The translations under genes were made by a program, and so were the position numbers. The notes under the pieces are model-generated. The model searched no databases, had not been told where the DNA came from, and worked only from the letters and a program-made list of their open reading frames with translations. A DNA stretch of 64,000 nt from Sphingomonas sp. (GTDB lineage Bacteria; Pseudomonadota; Alphaproteobacteria; Sphingomonadales; Sphingomonadaceae): assembly GCF_036388435.1 (NCBI RefSeq), contig NZ_DASVRV010000052.1:2886-66885 (forward strand), read 5' to 3'. Numbering within the stretch: position 1 is the stretch's first letter; each line of letters opens with the position of its first letter. This document shows, one piece after another, positions 38,385-48,540 of the stretch.

Positions 38385-39497
38385 ATGTCATCGGACCAGC
38401 GTTTCGGCCTCGATCGCCGCGTCACGCTCGCCGGGCCGCTTTCGCTCGACGGGGGCGGGACGCTGGCGCCGGTCGAGATCGCGTACGAGACCTATGGCGC
38501 GCTCGACGCCGACCGGTCGAACGCGGTGCTGATCTGCCATGCGCTGACGGGGGACCAGCATGTCGCCAGCGTCCATCCGCGCACCGGCAAGCCCGGCTGG
38601 TGGACGCGGATGGTGGGGGAAGGACGGCCGATCGACCCCGCGCGGCATTTCGTGGTGTGCGCCAACGTGCTGGGCAGCTGCATGGGATCGTCGGGCCCGG
38701 CGAGCATGGGGTCCGACGGGCGGCCCTATGCGATGCGCTTCCCGGTCATCACGATCCGCGACATGGTGCGCGCGCAAGCCTTGCTGCTCGATCATCTGGG
38801 GGTCGGGACGCTCGCCGCGGTGGTCGGCGGGTCGATGGGGGGGATGCAGGCGCTGAGCTGGGCCGCGACCTATCCGCGCCGGGTGCGATCGGCGGTGGTG
38901 ATCGCGTCGACCGCGCGCCACACCGCGCAGAACATCGCCTTTCACGAGGTCGGGCGCCAGGCGGTGATGGCCGATCCCGATTGGCGCGGGGGCGATTATT
39001 ATGGCGGCGACGCGCCGGCGGCGGGCCTCGCCGTGGCCCGGATGGCGGCACACATCACCTATCTGTCGGAGGCGGGGCTGACGGAGAAGTTCGGGCGCAA
39101 GCTGCAGGCGCGGGACACGAAAGGGTTCGGGTTCGACGCCGATTTCCAGGTCGAATCCTATCTGCGTCATCAGGGGATCAGCTTCGTCGACCGCTTCGAC
39201 GCCAATTCCTACCTCTACATCACCCGCGCGATGGATTATTTCGATCTGGCCGAGGAGCATGGCGGGCTGCTGGCCGATGCGTTCCGGGGAACGGCCACGC
39301 GCTTCTGTCTGGTCAGCTTCGATACCGACTGGCTCTATCCGACCGCCGAGTCACGCCGGGTCGTCCACGCGCTCAACGCGGCGGGGGCGGCCGCCAGCTT
39401 CGTCGAGTTGTCGAGCCCGTTCGGCCATGACGCGTTCCTGCTCGATTCGCCCGAGCTGACCCGCGTGGTCGACGGCTTCCTGAGGGCGGGCGCGTGA
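38385..39497 (+). CDS. metX: Homoserine O-acetyltransferase
   Basis: It starts MSSDQRFGL.... It has the nucleophile elbow GGSMGGMQA, the CHALTGDQH region and the C-terminal GHDAFLLD. Confidence 0.93.
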   Translation: MSSDQRFGLDRRVTLAGPLSLDGGGTLAPVEIAYETYGALDADRSNAVLICHALTGDQHVASVHPRTGKPGWWTRMVGEGRPIDPARHFVVCANVLGSCMGSSGPASMGSDGRPYAMRFPVITIRDMVRAQALLLDHLGVGTLAAVVGGSMGGMQALSWAATYPRRVRSAVVIASTARHTAQNIAFHEVGRQAVMADPDWRGGDYYGGDAPAAGLAVARMAAHITYLSEAGLTEKFGRKLQARDTKGFGFDADFQVESYLRHQGISFVDRFDANSYLYITRAMDYFDLAEEHGGLLADAFRGTATRFCLVSFDTDWLYPTAESRRVVHALNAAGAAASFVELSSPFGHDAFLLDSPELTRVVDGFLRAGA

Positions 39498-40078
39498 TCT
39501 TGCGGCCCGATCTGGGGATCATCGCGGAGCATGTCGCGCCCGGATCGCGGGTGCTCGACATCGGGTGCGGCGACGGCGGGCTGATGGCGGCGCTCAGGAA
39601 CAAGGGTGCCGATGCGCGCGGGCTGGAGATCGACGGCGCCAATGTCGCCGCGGCCGTCGCGCGCGGGCTGTCGGTGGTGCAGGGCGATGCCGACCGCGAC
39701 CTGGCCGATTATCCCGACCGCAGCTTCGACTATGCGGTGCTCAGCCAGACGCTCCAGACGACGCGCGCGCCCGACCAGGTGCTGGGCCACCTGCTCCGCA
39801 TCGGGCGGCGGGCCTTTGTCAGCTTTCCCAATTTCGCGCATTGGCGGGTGCGCGTCTCACTGCTCTGGGGCGGGCGGATGCCGGTGACGCGGCTGTTGCC
39901 CGAGGGCTGGTACGACACGCCCAATATCCACCACCTGACCGTGGACGATTTCCGCGCCTTCGTACGCGAGCGCGGGATCGTGGTGGAGGGGGCCTGGTTC
40001 CTGGCCGGCGCGGGGCGGACGGGAGCCGCGACCGCCAATCTGCTGGCCGAGCATGCGGTGTTCCTGCTGCGATTGTAA
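39494..40078 (+). CDS. metW: Methionine biosynthesis protein MetW
   Basis: The GTG start overlaps the metX stop (GTGA). The SAM-MT-like [11 protein letters not shown] and full-length MetW-like sequence are present. Confidence 0.92.
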   Translation: MILRPDLGIIAEHVAPGSRVLDIGCGDGGLMAALRNKGADARGLEIDGANVAAAVARGLSVVQGDADRDLADYPDRSFDYAVLSQTLQTTRAPDQVLGHLLRIGRRAFVSFPNFAHWRVRVSLLWGGRMPVTRLLPEGWYDTPNIHHLTVDDFRAFVRERGIVVEGAWFLAGAGRTGAATANLLAEHAVFLLRL

Positions 40079-40146
40079 TTAATTATCGGGGAACCGGCCC
40101 CGCGGTCCGGCGTTGCCTTCGAACTTAACCTGGATTTGAAAAGCCC

Positions 40147-40551
40147 ATGGGCAAGACCGCCTTGATCGTCGAGGACGAGATTTTCGTCGCCCTCGACCTG
40201 GAACGTATCCTCACCGAGGCCGGCTATTCGGTGCGCGCGATCGCGCCCGACAGCGCAGCCGCGCTGGCCGCGGCGCCCGATTGCGACTTCGCGCTGGTCG
40301 ACGTGAATCTGCGCGACGGTTGCACCGGCCCCGATATCGCCCGGCGGATCGCGCGCGATCACGGGGTGAAAGTGGTGTTCGTCACCGCCAATCCCGGCCA
40401 GATCGGCGAGGCGGGCCATGCGCTTGGCTATGTCCGCAAGCCGTTCAGCGAGGCCGCGATCCTGGCGGCCGCCCAGCTGGCGGGAAGCGAGCATCACGCC
40501 GCCGCGAACGACGATCTCCAGCAGATCGGCCGCGTCGCCGCGACGAGCTGA
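40147..40551 (+). CDS. Single-domain (CheY-like) response regulator
   Basis: 134 aa with ALIVEDEIFVALDLE, the phospho-acceptor context FALVDVNLRDG and KPF. Confidence 0.85.
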   Translation: MGKTALIVEDEIFVALDLERILTEAGYSVRAIAPDSAAALAAAPDCDFALVDVNLRDGCTGPDIARRIARDHGVKVVFVTANPGQIGEAGHALGYVRKPFSEAAILAAAQLAGSEHHAAANDDLQQIGRVAATS

Positions 40552-40560
40552 ACGCCGACG

Positions 40561-42063
40561 CTAGCGGCGGCTGAACGCCGCCAGCGGGACGTTGAGCGAG
40601 ACGACCAGCCCGTCGGATCGCCAGTCGCGCCGGATTTCGCCGCCGAGTTGCCGGACCGCGCTCAGTTCCACCAACTGCGTGCCGAAGCCGGTGGCGCCGC
40701 TCGGCGCGGTGACGGGCGGCCCTCCGCGTTCGGTCCAGCGGATCGCCGCGTCGGTCTCGCCGCGGGTGATGGCGACCGACACCTCGCCTTCGGCGGCCGA
40801 CAGCGCGCCATATTTGGTCGCGTTGGTCGCCAGCTCGTGGAACAGCAGCGCGAAGGGGGTGGCCGAGCGGTCGTCGATCGGCACGTCGTCGCCCTCGATG
40901 CGGACACGGCTATAGGGCGCGAACAGCTCGGCGAGCAGGCCGTGCAGCGAGTCGGGCGGGGTGTCGCGGCGCGACTGGGCGCTGTGGGGCCGGACGAAAT
41001 CATGCGCGCGACCCAGCGCGGTGATCCGCTGGCGCAGGTCCACCGCCGCATCGGCGAGGCCGGGGCGGCTCTTGGCGGCGAGCGTGATCAGGCCGGAAAT
41101 CACCGCGAAGATGTTCTTGATGCGGTGGCTGAGCTCCTGGCTGACCATCTCGCGCTCCTCCAGCGCCAGTTTCTGTTCGTGGATGTCGGTACAGGTGCCG
41201 AACCAGCGCGTGATCGCGCCGGCTTCGTCGCGGACCGGCAAGGCACGGCCGAGGACCCAGCGATATTGGCCGTCATGGCGGCGCAGCCGATATTCGATAT
41301 TGTAGGGCTCGCCGGTGTCGAGCGACTGTCGCCAGCGCGTCCAGCCGCGCTCGCGGTCGTCGATGTGGAACACCTCGTCCCAGGCCTCGCCGTCGGTGGA
41401 GCCTTCGGGCACGCCGGTGAACTGATACCAGCGCGCGTTCCAGTAATCGACCAGCCCGTCGGGGCCCGCCGACCACACCATCTGCGGCATGGCGTCGGCC
41501 AGGGTGCGGAAGCGGAGTTCCGATTCGGCGAGCCGCGCCTGCGCGCCCGCGCGCGCCTCCTCGCGCTCGCGCTCGACGCGGCGATCGTCGAGCCGGGCCA
41601 TGGCGGCCTTGGCGAGGATGGCGAGCCCATGGCGCTGAACATCGGTCAGCCCCGCGCGCGGGGCGGTGTCGTAGACGCACAGGCTGCCCAGCGTCTCGCC
41701 CCCGGGCGTGACGAGCGGCGCCCCGGCATAGAAGCGCAGCGCGAAATCGCCCGTGACATAGGGATTGTCGGCGAAGCGCGGATCGGCGGCGGCGTCGGGC
41801 ACGACCGTCACATCGCGCTCGCCCATGAAATGGGTGCAGAAGCTGACGGCGCGCGGGCTGCCCGGCAGGTCGACGCCGTGCGCGGACAGGAAATGCTGAT
41901 GATCCTCGTCCATCACCGTCACCGTGGCGAGCGGCGCCCCGAGCAGCTCGGCGGCGAAATCGGCCAGGTCCGCCATGTCGCGGCGCGCGGTCGCGCCCGC
42001 CACGTCATAGGGCGCGACGATGCGGGCGCGGTCGGCGGCGTCGCTGGGCTCGGATGGATGCAA
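40561..42063 (-). CDS. GAF-PAS sensor histidine kinase of the HWE / HisKA_2 type
   Basis: 500 aa with a GAF-like N-terminus and a PAS domain (MPQMVWSAGPDGLVDYWNARWYQFTG). The H-box is ELSHRIKN, and the HWE-type ATPase region has HELATNATKYGA and IRWTERGGP. Confidence 0.85.
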   Translation of the reverse strand: MHPSEPSDAADRARIVAPYDVAGATARRDMADLADFAAELLGAPLATVTVMDEDHQHFLSAHGVDLPGSPRAVSFCTHFMGERDVTVVPDAAADPRFADNPYVTGDFALRFYAGAPLVTPGGETLGSLCVYDTAPRAGLTDVQRHGLAILAKAAMARLDDRRVEREREEARAGAQARLAESELRFRTLADAMPQMVWSAGPDGLVDYWNARWYQFTGVPEGSTDGEAWDEVFHIDDRERGWTRWRQSLDTGEPYNIEYRLRRHDGQYRWVLGRALPVRDEAGAITRWFGTCTDIHEQKLALEEREMVSQELSHRIKNIFAVISGLITLAAKSRPGLADAAVDLRQRITALGRAHDFVRPHSAQSRRDTPPDSLHGLLAELFAPYSRVRIEGDDVPIDDRSATPFALLFHELATNATKYGALSAAEGEVSVAITRGETDAAIRWTERGGPPVTAPSGATGFGTQLVELSAVRQLGGEIRRDWRSDGLVVSLNVPLAAFSRR

Positions 42064-42077
42064 GGCGATATGCCGCC

Positions 42078-42614
42078 TTAGAACGGCACGTCGTCGTCGA
42101 GATCGTCGGCGAACCCACCGCTCTGGCCGAACCCACCGCCCTTGGCGGCGGCGCCGCCGCCACGGTTGCCGCCACCATAACCACCGCCCGAGCCGCCGCC
42201 GAACTCATCGCCGCCGCCGCCGAAGTCACGCCCGCCGCCCCCGCCGCCGCCCTGCCCGCCGCCGGGACCGTCCAGCATCGTCATGACGCCACCGAAGCGC
42301 GGCACCACGACTTCGGTGGTGTAGCGGTCGGCGCCGTTCTGGTCCTGCCATTTACGCGTCTGGATCTGGCCCTCGATATAGACCTTCGATCCTTTGCGCA
42401 GGAACTTCTCCGCCGTCTCGCCGATGCGCTCGTCGAAGATGGCGACCTGGTGCCATTCGGTCTTCTCCTTGCGCTCGCCCGACTGGCGGTCCTTCCAGGA
42501 CTCGGAGGTCGCGATGCGCAGATTGACGACCTTGCCGCCATTCTGGAACGCCTTGGACTCGGGGTCCTTGCCCAGATTGCCGACCAGGATGACCTTGTTG
42601 ACGCTGCCCGCCAT
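42078..42614 (-). CDS. ssb: Single-stranded DNA-binding protein
   Basis: It has the OB-fold N-terminus [19 protein letters not shown], a Gly-rich linker and the acidic tip DDLDDDVPF. Confidence 0.95.
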   Translation of the reverse strand: MAGSVNKVILVGNLGKDPESKAFQNGGKVVNLRIATSESWKDRQSGERKEKTEWHQVAIFDERIGETAEKFLRKGSKVYIEGQIQTRKWQDQNGADRYTTEVVVPRFGGVMTMLDGPGGGQGGGGGGGRDFGGGGDEFGGGSGGGYGGGNRGGGAAAKGGGFGQSGGFADDLDDDVPF

Positions 42615-42624
42615 ATATACTCCG

Positions 42625-44472
42625 TTACAGGCCCAGCCCGACGGCGGCCCAATAGGTTATGCCCGCCATGACGTAGGCCGTTGCGAACAGATAGCCAACC
42701 ATGAACAGCGGCCAGCGCCAGCCGTTCGTCTCCCGCCGGGCGACCGCGATCGTGGAGATGCATTGGGGGGCGAAGACGAACCACATCAGGAACGCCAGCG
42801 CGGTCGGCAGGCTCCAGCGGGTGCGCAGATTGTCGCGGATCGTCGTCTGCCCACGCTCGCCCTCGGGATCGTCGACCGCGTAGACGGTGCCAATCGCCGC
42901 GACCGCCACCTCGCGCGCGGCCATGGCGGGGATGAGCGCCAGCGCGATGTCGCGGTTGAAGCCGATGGGGGCGACCACCAGCTCGACGCCGTTCGCGATC
43001 CGCCCGGCGACCGAATAGTCGACCGGCGACACGGCGCTGCCCGCGGGCGGCTTGGGGAAGCTGAGCAGCGCCCAGAGCACGATCGTGGTCACCGCGATGA
43101 TCGTGCCCGCGCGCTTCAGGAAGATGGCGGCGCGGGTCCATAGCCCGATCAGCAGGTCGCGCGGGCGCGGCCATTGATATTTGGGCATTTCCAGCATGAA
43201 GCCCGACGACGCGCCCTTGGTGACGGTGCGCCGCAGCAGCAGCGCCGCGACGAACGCCCCCAGGATGCCGAACAGGTACAGGCCGAGCAGCACCAGCCCC
43301 TGCAGCCCCACGAACGGGGCGAGCCGGCGGTCGGGGATGAAGGCGCCGATGATGACGGTGTAGACGGGCAGCCGGGCCGAACAGGTCATCAGCGGCGCGA
43401 CCAGGATGGTGGTCAGCCGGTCCTGCTCGTCGTCGATGGTGCGCGTCGCCATGATGCCCGGCACCGCGCAGGCGAAGCTCGACAAGAGGGGGATGAAGGC
43501 CCGCCCCGACAGCCCCGCGCGCGCCATGACCCGGTCCATCAGGAAGGCGGCGCGGACCATATATCCCGACGCTTCGAGCACGAGGATGAAGGCGAACAGG
43601 ATCAGGATCTGGGGCAGGAACACCACCACCGCGCCCACCCCCGCCAGCACGCCGTCGGTGAGCAGGCCGCGCAGCGCGCCGTCGGGCAAGGCCGATTCGA
43701 CTTGGGCCGAAAGCGCGGCGATGCCCGATTCGATCCAGCCGATCGGGGCCTCCGACCAGCTGAACACCGCCTGGAACATCACGAACAGCAAGGCGACGAG
43801 CAGCGCCGGGCCCGCGACCGGATGGAGCGCGACGCCGTCGATCCGGTGCGCCCAGCGCCTGGCGGGCGTCTCGCTGACCACCGCCGCCGCCGCCAGCGCG
43901 CGGGCGCGTTTCTGGAGCAGGCCGAGCGGTTCGGGATCGGCGGCGGGGCGGGGCTTGGCGGCGGCGGCGCGGGCGACGGCTTCGAGCAGGTCGGGCAGCC
44001 CACGCTTGCGCACGGCGACGGTGGGCAGCACGGGGACGCCCAGCTCGCGCGCCAGCGCCTCCGGGTCGAGTACCAGCCCGTCGCGCTCGGCCAGGTCCAC
44101 CATGTTGAGCGCGACGACGACGGGCAGCCCCAGCGCGATGATCTGGAGCGCGAAGCGGAGATGATTGTCGAGATTGGCGGCGTCGAGCACCACGACCAGC
44201 GCGTCGGGCCGACGCTCGCCCGCCAGCCGCCCCATCACCATGTCGCGCGTCACCGCCTCGTCGAGCGAGACGGGGTCGAGGCTGTAGGCGCCGGGCAGGT
44301 CGACCAGTTCGGCGGGGCGTCCGTCGGGGAGCACCAGGCGCCCGGACTTACGCTCCACGGTGACGCCGGGATAATTGCCGACCTTCTGCCGCGCGCCGGT
44401 GAGCGCGTTGAACAGGGCGGTCTTGCCGGCATTGGGATTGCCGACGAGCGCGATAAGCGGGGCGGGCGTCAT
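42625..44472 (-). CDS. feoB: Ferrous iron transporter FeoB
   Basis: 615 aa with an N-terminal G-domain ([16 protein letters not shown]) followed by a polytopic membrane domain. Confidence 0.93.
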   Translation of the reverse strand: MTPAPLIALVGNPNAGKTALFNALTGARQKVGNYPGVTVERKSGRLVLPDGRPAELVDLPGAYSLDPVSLDEAVTRDMVMGRLAGERRPDALVVVLDAANLDNHLRFALQIIALGLPVVVALNMVDLAERDGLVLDPEALARELGVPVLPTVAVRKRGLPDLLEAVARAAAAKPRPAADPEPLGLLQKRARALAAAAVVSETPARRWAHRIDGVALHPVAGPALLVALLFVMFQAVFSWSEAPIGWIESGIAALSAQVESALPDGALRGLLTDGVLAGVGAVVVFLPQILILFAFILVLEASGYMVRAAFLMDRVMARAGLSGRAFIPLLSSFACAVPGIMATRTIDDEQDRLTTILVAPLMTCSARLPVYTVIIGAFIPDRRLAPFVGLQGLVLLGLYLFGILGAFVAALLLRRTVTKGASSGFMLEMPKYQWPRPRDLLIGLWTRAAIFLKRAGTIIAVTTIVLWALLSFPKPPAGSAVSPVDYSVAGRIANGVELVVAPIGFNRDIALALIPAMAAREVAVAAIGTVYAVDDPEGERGQTTIRDNLRTRWSLPTALAFLMWFVFAPQCISTIAVARRETNGWRWPLFMVGYLFATAYVMAGITYWAAVGLGL

Positions 44473-44494
44473 GCCCTGGAGCGTGGGTGGAGGA

Positions 44495-44767
44495 TCAGGC
44501 CGCGACGGGCGCGACGTGGATCGTCGCGGCGACCGCGCGGCGGATGGCGACGGTCATGCGGCCGATCCGGCAGGCGATTGGCCCGCCGCGGGCGCCGGCG
44601 CGGTGCAGCACCTCGACCCCCACGCCCTCGTCGAAGCCGAGCTCGCGCAGCCGCCGCGCCTCGGGCACGCCGAGCCTGTCCCATTCGATCGCCGACACCG
44701 TCGCGCGCTGGAAACGCGGAAGCGATTCGAGGCTGAGCGCAGGCGCGACCGGTCGGGACATATCCAT
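44495..44767 (-). CDS. feoA: FeoA family protein
   Basis: The start is chosen at MDMSRPV. The 20 codons upstream in the track ORF have poor third-position GC, about 11/20. The SH3-like motif LRELGFDEGVGVEV is present. Confidence 0.8.
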   Translation of the reverse strand: MDMSRPVAPALSLESLPRFQRATVSAIEWDRLGVPEARRLRELGFDEGVGVEVLHRAGARGGPIACRIGRMTVAIRRAVAATIHVAPVAA

Positions 44768-44807
44768 TGCGAAGCGGTAGCATCTCGGCGCGCGTAGAGA
44801 AAGTCCT

Positions 44808-44824
44808 TTGCGAACCATTCTCAA
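44808..44824. promoter_or_regulatory. Inverted repeat TTGAGAA-N3-TTCGCAA upstream of feoA (candidate iron-responsive operator)
   Basis: Read on the minus strand. It lies 41-57 nt upstream of the chosen feoA start, and the arms are complementary at 6 of 7 positions. Confidence 0.3.
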
Positions 44825-44839
44825 CATTTCGCGCGAGCA

Positions 44840-45499
44840 TCAGCGCTCCGGATAGCGCAGCCGGCCGACGAAGCGCGACAGGCTGGGGCGGTAGCGCGCG
44901 CGTTTGGTCATGCCCGCCTTGAACGTCTCGAAGCGCAGGATGCCGTCGATCCGGCGCTGGAGAAAGGCGCGGCTGTCGGCGAAACCCTCGCTCCCGTCGT
45001 CGAGGAACACCGTCACGGTGGCGCCATAGACGCCGAGCAGGATGGCGCGCTTGCTGTAATGGTTCAGGTCGGTCGCGGTGTCGCCCGCGCGGCGCCAGAT
45101 CAGGTCGACGGTGCGCCAGCCGAGCCGGGCGGCGCGCGCGAGATTGCCGGGCGTGGCGAGCACGGCCAGCGCGCGGCGCAGCGCCTCGCGCTCGGGGGCG
45201 ACCGCGTCGAGCCGCGCCTCGACCAGCAGCGCGATGCGGTCGCGGACCTTGGCGGCGGCGAGCGTCTCGGCGGACACGGCGTGCGCCATCGCGCGGTCGA
45301 CCGACAGGAACCAGGCGTCGATCATGTCGACCGCGCCGCCGGGATAGGCGAGCCGGGCGACGTCATGGTCGATCCCGGCCGCGTCGGCGGCTGCCCCGAG
45401 CGCGTCGTCGCTCCAGCCGTCGAAACCGGCATTGGCGGCGATGCGCGGGGCTAAGGCGATGCGCAGTTCGTCGAGGGTAGCGTCGGACAGATCGGTCAT
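44840..45499 (-). CDS. COQ9 family protein (rpsU-divergently-transcribed-protein type)
   Basis: This is the C-terminal 219 aa of the 533-aa track ORF, from MTDLSDATLDELRIALAPRIAANAGFDGWSDDAL. The family assignment is from memory of this conserved alphaproteobacterial protein. Confidence 0.6.
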   Translation of the reverse strand: MTDLSDATLDELRIALAPRIAANAGFDGWSDDALGAAADAAGIDHDVARLAYPGGAVDMIDAWFLSVDRAMAHAVSAETLAAAKVRDRIALLVEARLDAVAPEREALRRALAVLATPGNLARAARLGWRTVDLIWRRAGDTATDLNHYSKRAILLGVYGATVTVFLDDGSEGFADSRAFLQRRIDGILRFETFKAGMTKRARYRPSLSRFVGRLRYPER

Positions 45500-46431
45500 G
45501 CCGGTTCCTTTACCGGGCGGATATCGGCGTCCGCCGCGTCGCCTGCAACCGGCCCGCGCCGGACGAGCACCAGGGCGGCGGCGACCAGCGCGATGCCGAC
45601 GAGATCGGGAGCGCCGAGCGTCTCGCCGTAGACGATCCACCCGACCGCGCCCGCCACCACCGGCTGGATCAGCAGCGCGATGCCCACCACCAGCGGCGAC
45701 AATTTGCCCAGCGCATAGATCATCAGCCCCTGGCCGAGCACCTGGCTCGCCAGCGCCAGCCCGATCAGCGGCGCCCAGTCGCCCGGCCGGACGCGCTCGC
45801 CCAAGCCCCAGGCGAACAGGAGCAGCGGCACCACGCTGGCGAGCGTTGACAACGCCAGCGCGGGAAGCGGCGCCATGGTGTCGCGGGCGCGGGCCATGCA
45901 GATGAAATACACCGTGTAGAGCAGCCCGGCGAGCAGGCAGAGCAGGTCGCCCACCAGGTTGCGCGGATCGAGCTGGTAGCTGCGCCCCATCAGCAGCAGC
46001 GCCCCGGCCGCGGCGAGTGCGAGCGCGACCCCTTGCGTCCGCGTCGGCCAGGCGCGCGCGACGAGAAAGCCGTAGACGGGAAAGATCAGCGTCGCCGAAT
46101 TGCCGAACAGCGTCGCGTTGGCGAGGGTAGTGCGCAGGATGCCCAGATGCCAGCTCGCCAGGTCGGCCGCGAAGCAGACCCCGCCGGCCGCGAGTATCCA
46201 CCACAGGCGCGGGGACAGCCGCACGGGTCGCCCGCCGCTTCCCCAGGCGAGCGCGACCAAGAGCGGCGCGGCGAGTGCGATCCGCCAGAAACCCGACGCG
46301 ACCGGCCCCGTATCCGCCAGCCGCACGAACCAGGGCCCGAAGGCGAGCGCGACGTTGGCGACGACCAGCGCGGCGAAGGCGCGGCTGCTTGTCGCGGGTA
46401 AAGCAGAGATTGGGGCGTCGGCCGGGTGCAT
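45496..46431 (-). CDS. EamA/DMT family transporter
   Basis: The start is the internal Met MHPADAP. About ten hydrophobic helices form two EamA-like halves. The stop overlaps the COQ9-like start (ATGA). Confidence 0.8.
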   Translation of the reverse strand: MHPADAPISALPATSSRAFAALVVANVALAFGPWFVRLADTGPVASGFWRIALAAPLLVALAWGSGGRPVRLSPRLWWILAAGGVCFAADLASWHLGILRTTLANATLFGNSATLIFPVYGFLVARAWPTRTQGVALALAAAGALLLMGRSYQLDPRNLVGDLLCLLAGLLYTVYFICMARARDTMAPLPALALSTLASVVPLLLFAWGLGERVRPGDWAPLIGLALASQVLGQGLMIYALGKLSPLVVGIALLIQPVVAGAVGWIVYGETLGAPDLVGIALVAAALVLVRRGPVAGDAADADIRPVKEPA

Positions 46432-46498
46432 ATCGCGCCATAGCCGCCTATCTCGCCCCGACCCAGGCCCTATAGCCGCAGGCCCCATAGGAGTTTCC

Positions 46499-47581
46499 AT
46501 GCCCAGCCTTTTCGATCCGGTCCAGCTCGGCGCCGTTCATGCGCCCAACCGCATCCTCATGGCCCCGCTGACGCGCGGTCGCGCCACCAGGGAGGCGGTG
46601 CCGACGCCGATGATGGTCGATTATTACCGCCAGCGCGCAGGCGCGGGGCTGATCATCTCCGAAGCGACGGGCATCAGCCGCGAGGGGCTGGGCTGGCCCT
46701 ATGCGCCCGGGCTGTGGACCGACGCACAGGCGGAGGGCTGGCGGCCCGTCACCGACGCCGTCCATGCGGCGGGCGGGCGCATCGTCGCGCAGCTCTGGCA
46801 TATGGGTCGCCAGGTCCATTCCAGCGTGATCGGCGGGCAGCCGGTGTCGTCCTCCGCGACCGCGACGGACGGCATGGCGCACACCTATGAGGGCAAGCAG
46901 CCCTTCGAGGTCGCGCGGCCGCTGGCGCTGGACGAGATGCCGCGGCTGCTCGACGATTACGCGCTGGCGACGCGCAACGCGCTGGCGGCGGGGTTCGACG
47001 GGGTGCAGATCCACGCCGCGAACGGCTATCTGATCGACCAGTTCCTGCGCGACGGCGCCAACCACCGCACCGACGCCTATGGCGGCGCCCCCGAGAACCG
47101 CATCCGCCTGCTGCGCGAGGTGACGGAGCGCGTCGCGTCGATCGCGGGGGCGGACCGGACGGCGGTCCGGCTATCCCCCAACGGCGACAGCCAGGGCGTC
47201 GACGACAGCGATCCGCCGGCGGTGTTCATCCCCGCCGTGCGCGCGCTGGGCGAGATCGGCATCGCGTTCCTGGAGCTGCGCGAGCCGGGCCCCGAGGGCA
47301 GTTTCGGCAGCACCGACGTGCCGCGCCTGTCGCCGCTGATCCGCGAGGCGTTCACGGGCCCGCTGGTGCTCAATTCCGATTACGGCGCGGCGAGCGCGCA
47401 GGCGGCGCTCGATAGCGGGGTGGCCGACGCGATCGCGTTCGGGCGTCCCTACATCGCCAACCCCGACCTGGTCGACCGCTTCCGCGCGGGCGCCCCGATC
47501 GCCCCGGACGACATGAAGACCTGGTACAGCCAGGGGCCGGAGGGGTATGTGGACTATCCGGCGCTGGCGCAGGCGGCGTAG
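46499..47581 (+). CDS. Old Yellow Enzyme family alkene reductase (N-ethylmaleimide reductase-like)
   Basis: It starts MPSLFDPVQLGAVHAPNRILMAPLTR. HAANGYLIDQFL and the FGRPYIANPDL motifs are present. Confidence 0.9.
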   Translation: MPSLFDPVQLGAVHAPNRILMAPLTRGRATREAVPTPMMVDYYRQRAGAGLIISEATGISREGLGWPYAPGLWTDAQAEGWRPVTDAVHAAGGRIVAQLWHMGRQVHSSVIGGQPVSSSATATDGMAHTYEGKQPFEVARPLALDEMPRLLDDYALATRNALAAGFDGVQIHAANGYLIDQFLRDGANHRTDAYGGAPENRIRLLREVTERVASIAGADRTAVRLSPNGDSQGVDDSDPPAVFIPAVRALGEIGIAFLELREPGPEGSFGSTDVPRLSPLIREAFTGPLVLNSDYGAASAQAALDSGVADAIAFGRPYIANPDLVDRFRAGAPIAPDDMKTWYSQGPEGYVDYPALAQAA

Positions 47582-47603
47582 CGGCCGGTTCGCCGGGATG
47601 GAG

Positions 47604-47634
47604 CGCCCGGGCGGGCCTATGTCCGGCCCGGGCG
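47604..47634 (+). terminator. GC-rich hairpin downstream of the alkene reductase gene
   Basis: cgcccgggc ... gcccgggcg gives 9-bp complementary arms 23 nt after the stop. There is no clear U-tract. Confidence 0.35.
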
Positions 47635-47718
47635 AGCCTGTGGCACGGGTGCCTGCCTTTGGTGGGTAGGCGACGCCGCGCATTTGGCGCACATTCGTCT
47701 GACGCAGTCCTCCTGATC

Positions 47719-47744
47719 GTGTCACAACCGTTCGGTTGTGACAC
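47719..47744. repeat. Perfect 26-bp palindrome GTGTCACAACCG-TT-CGGTTGTGACAC (copy 1)
   Basis: Read directly from the sequence. The arms are 12 bp with a 2-nt spacer. It lies 30 nt beyond the stop of the orphan lipoprotein gene. Confidence 0.9.
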
Positions 47745-47773
47745 CGGCCCGTCACGCGTTCTTTCAGCGAGCA

Positions 47774-48493
47774 TCAGATGATGTAGGTAAAGCGATGCCC
47801 TATGACGCTCCATCCATCTGCATCCCGGCGAAGCGCATAAAGGTGGCCCGCAGTTGCCGACGAACGAGAAACGAAGGCCCAGCCTTGATATATAGTCGGA
47901 CGTGAGAGACGGGCTCCACAATCTGATTTCAGTGCAATATCCGGCAAATCGCCTCCAGTCAGAAATACGGCACGGCGCTTGCGCGGCGCAGCCATCGCTG
48001 CATCAGCGTAGGCTTCTGCAACTGTCAGTTCGACAGATGATGGAAGCGTCACGTTGCCTTCATCCACGGACCCCCATGATCCACGCTGATCGGCGATGAT
48101 CCACTCGCGGACGTCGGCAGCGGTGGGCCGATTCTTGCCCTCTTGACGTAGTTCGTCGACGGCAGCCTTCCGGAGGCTTGCATCAACGTTGCCCTCATCA
48201 AGCGCCGGGTTAAGGCAACCAAGTTCGCCTTTGGGATCTAGGAAGCGGTGGAGCGCTCCGACAACGGCAACTTCTTCGCGAGCGTTTGTGCTTGGAATGC
48301 GGCCCGTGCCGGGCAAGAAAATGACGCTGCCTTTACTTCCTGCGCGCACGGGCGGGGAGTAGATCGCGGTTCCCGCAGATGACGTTGCGCCGCCACCGCC
48401 CGATTGAGTAGCGCACGCCCCCAGAGCTAGTGACCCGATCACAGTCGATGCGAAGTACCGAGCAGCCCAAGCGACCATGTATCCTGTTAACAC
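47774..48493 (-). CDS. Hypothetical lipoprotein, no recognisable family (orphan)
   Basis: 239-aa ORF, and the only long ORF in this visibly lower-GC stretch. The signal peptide has lipobox SLALGAC. The start is GTG 48493 or ATG 48478, the latter preceded by AGGA. No motif was recognised. Confidence 0.55.
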   Translation of the reverse strand: MLTGYMVAWAARYFASTVIGSLALGACATQSGGGGATSSAGTAIYSPPVRAGSKGSVIFLPGTGRIPSTNAREEVAVVGALHRFLDPKGELGCLNPALDEGNVDASLRKAAVDELRQEGKNRPTAADVREWIIADQRGSWGSVDEGNVTLPSSVELTVAEAYADAAMAAPRKRRAVFLTGGDLPDIALKSDCGARLSRPTIYQGWAFVSRSSATAGHLYALRRDADGWSVIGHRFTYII

Positions 48494-48514
48494 CCGACTT
48501 TAATTTAGGCCAGA

Positions 48515-48540
48515 GTGTCACAACCGGTCGGTTCTGACGC
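48515..48540. repeat. Second copy of the 26-bp palindrome, GTGTCACAACCG-GT-CGGTTCTGACGC (10/12 arm pairs)
   Basis: Read directly from the sequence, in the same orientation as copy 1. It lies 22 nt upstream of the GTG start of the orphan lipoprotein gene. Confidence 0.85.

Noticed and set aside
44840-46441. 533-aa ORF suggesting a large fusion protein
   Set aside because: Only the C-terminal 219 aa look like a real (COQ9-like) protein. The upstream 314 aa are Arg/Ala/Gly-rich and overlap, out of frame on the same strand, the well-formed EamA transporter gene. Analogous over-extended track ORFs (2458..3864, 50346..51734, 32621..34939, 33982..35472, 23534..25312) were trimmed to internal starts.
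47719-48540. Integron gene cassette with attC sites
   Set aside because: The palindromes are only 26 bp and lack canonical core sites (RYYYAAC / GTTRRRY). No intI gene or cassette array is present. The hairpin-bounded element or operator interpretations fit better.
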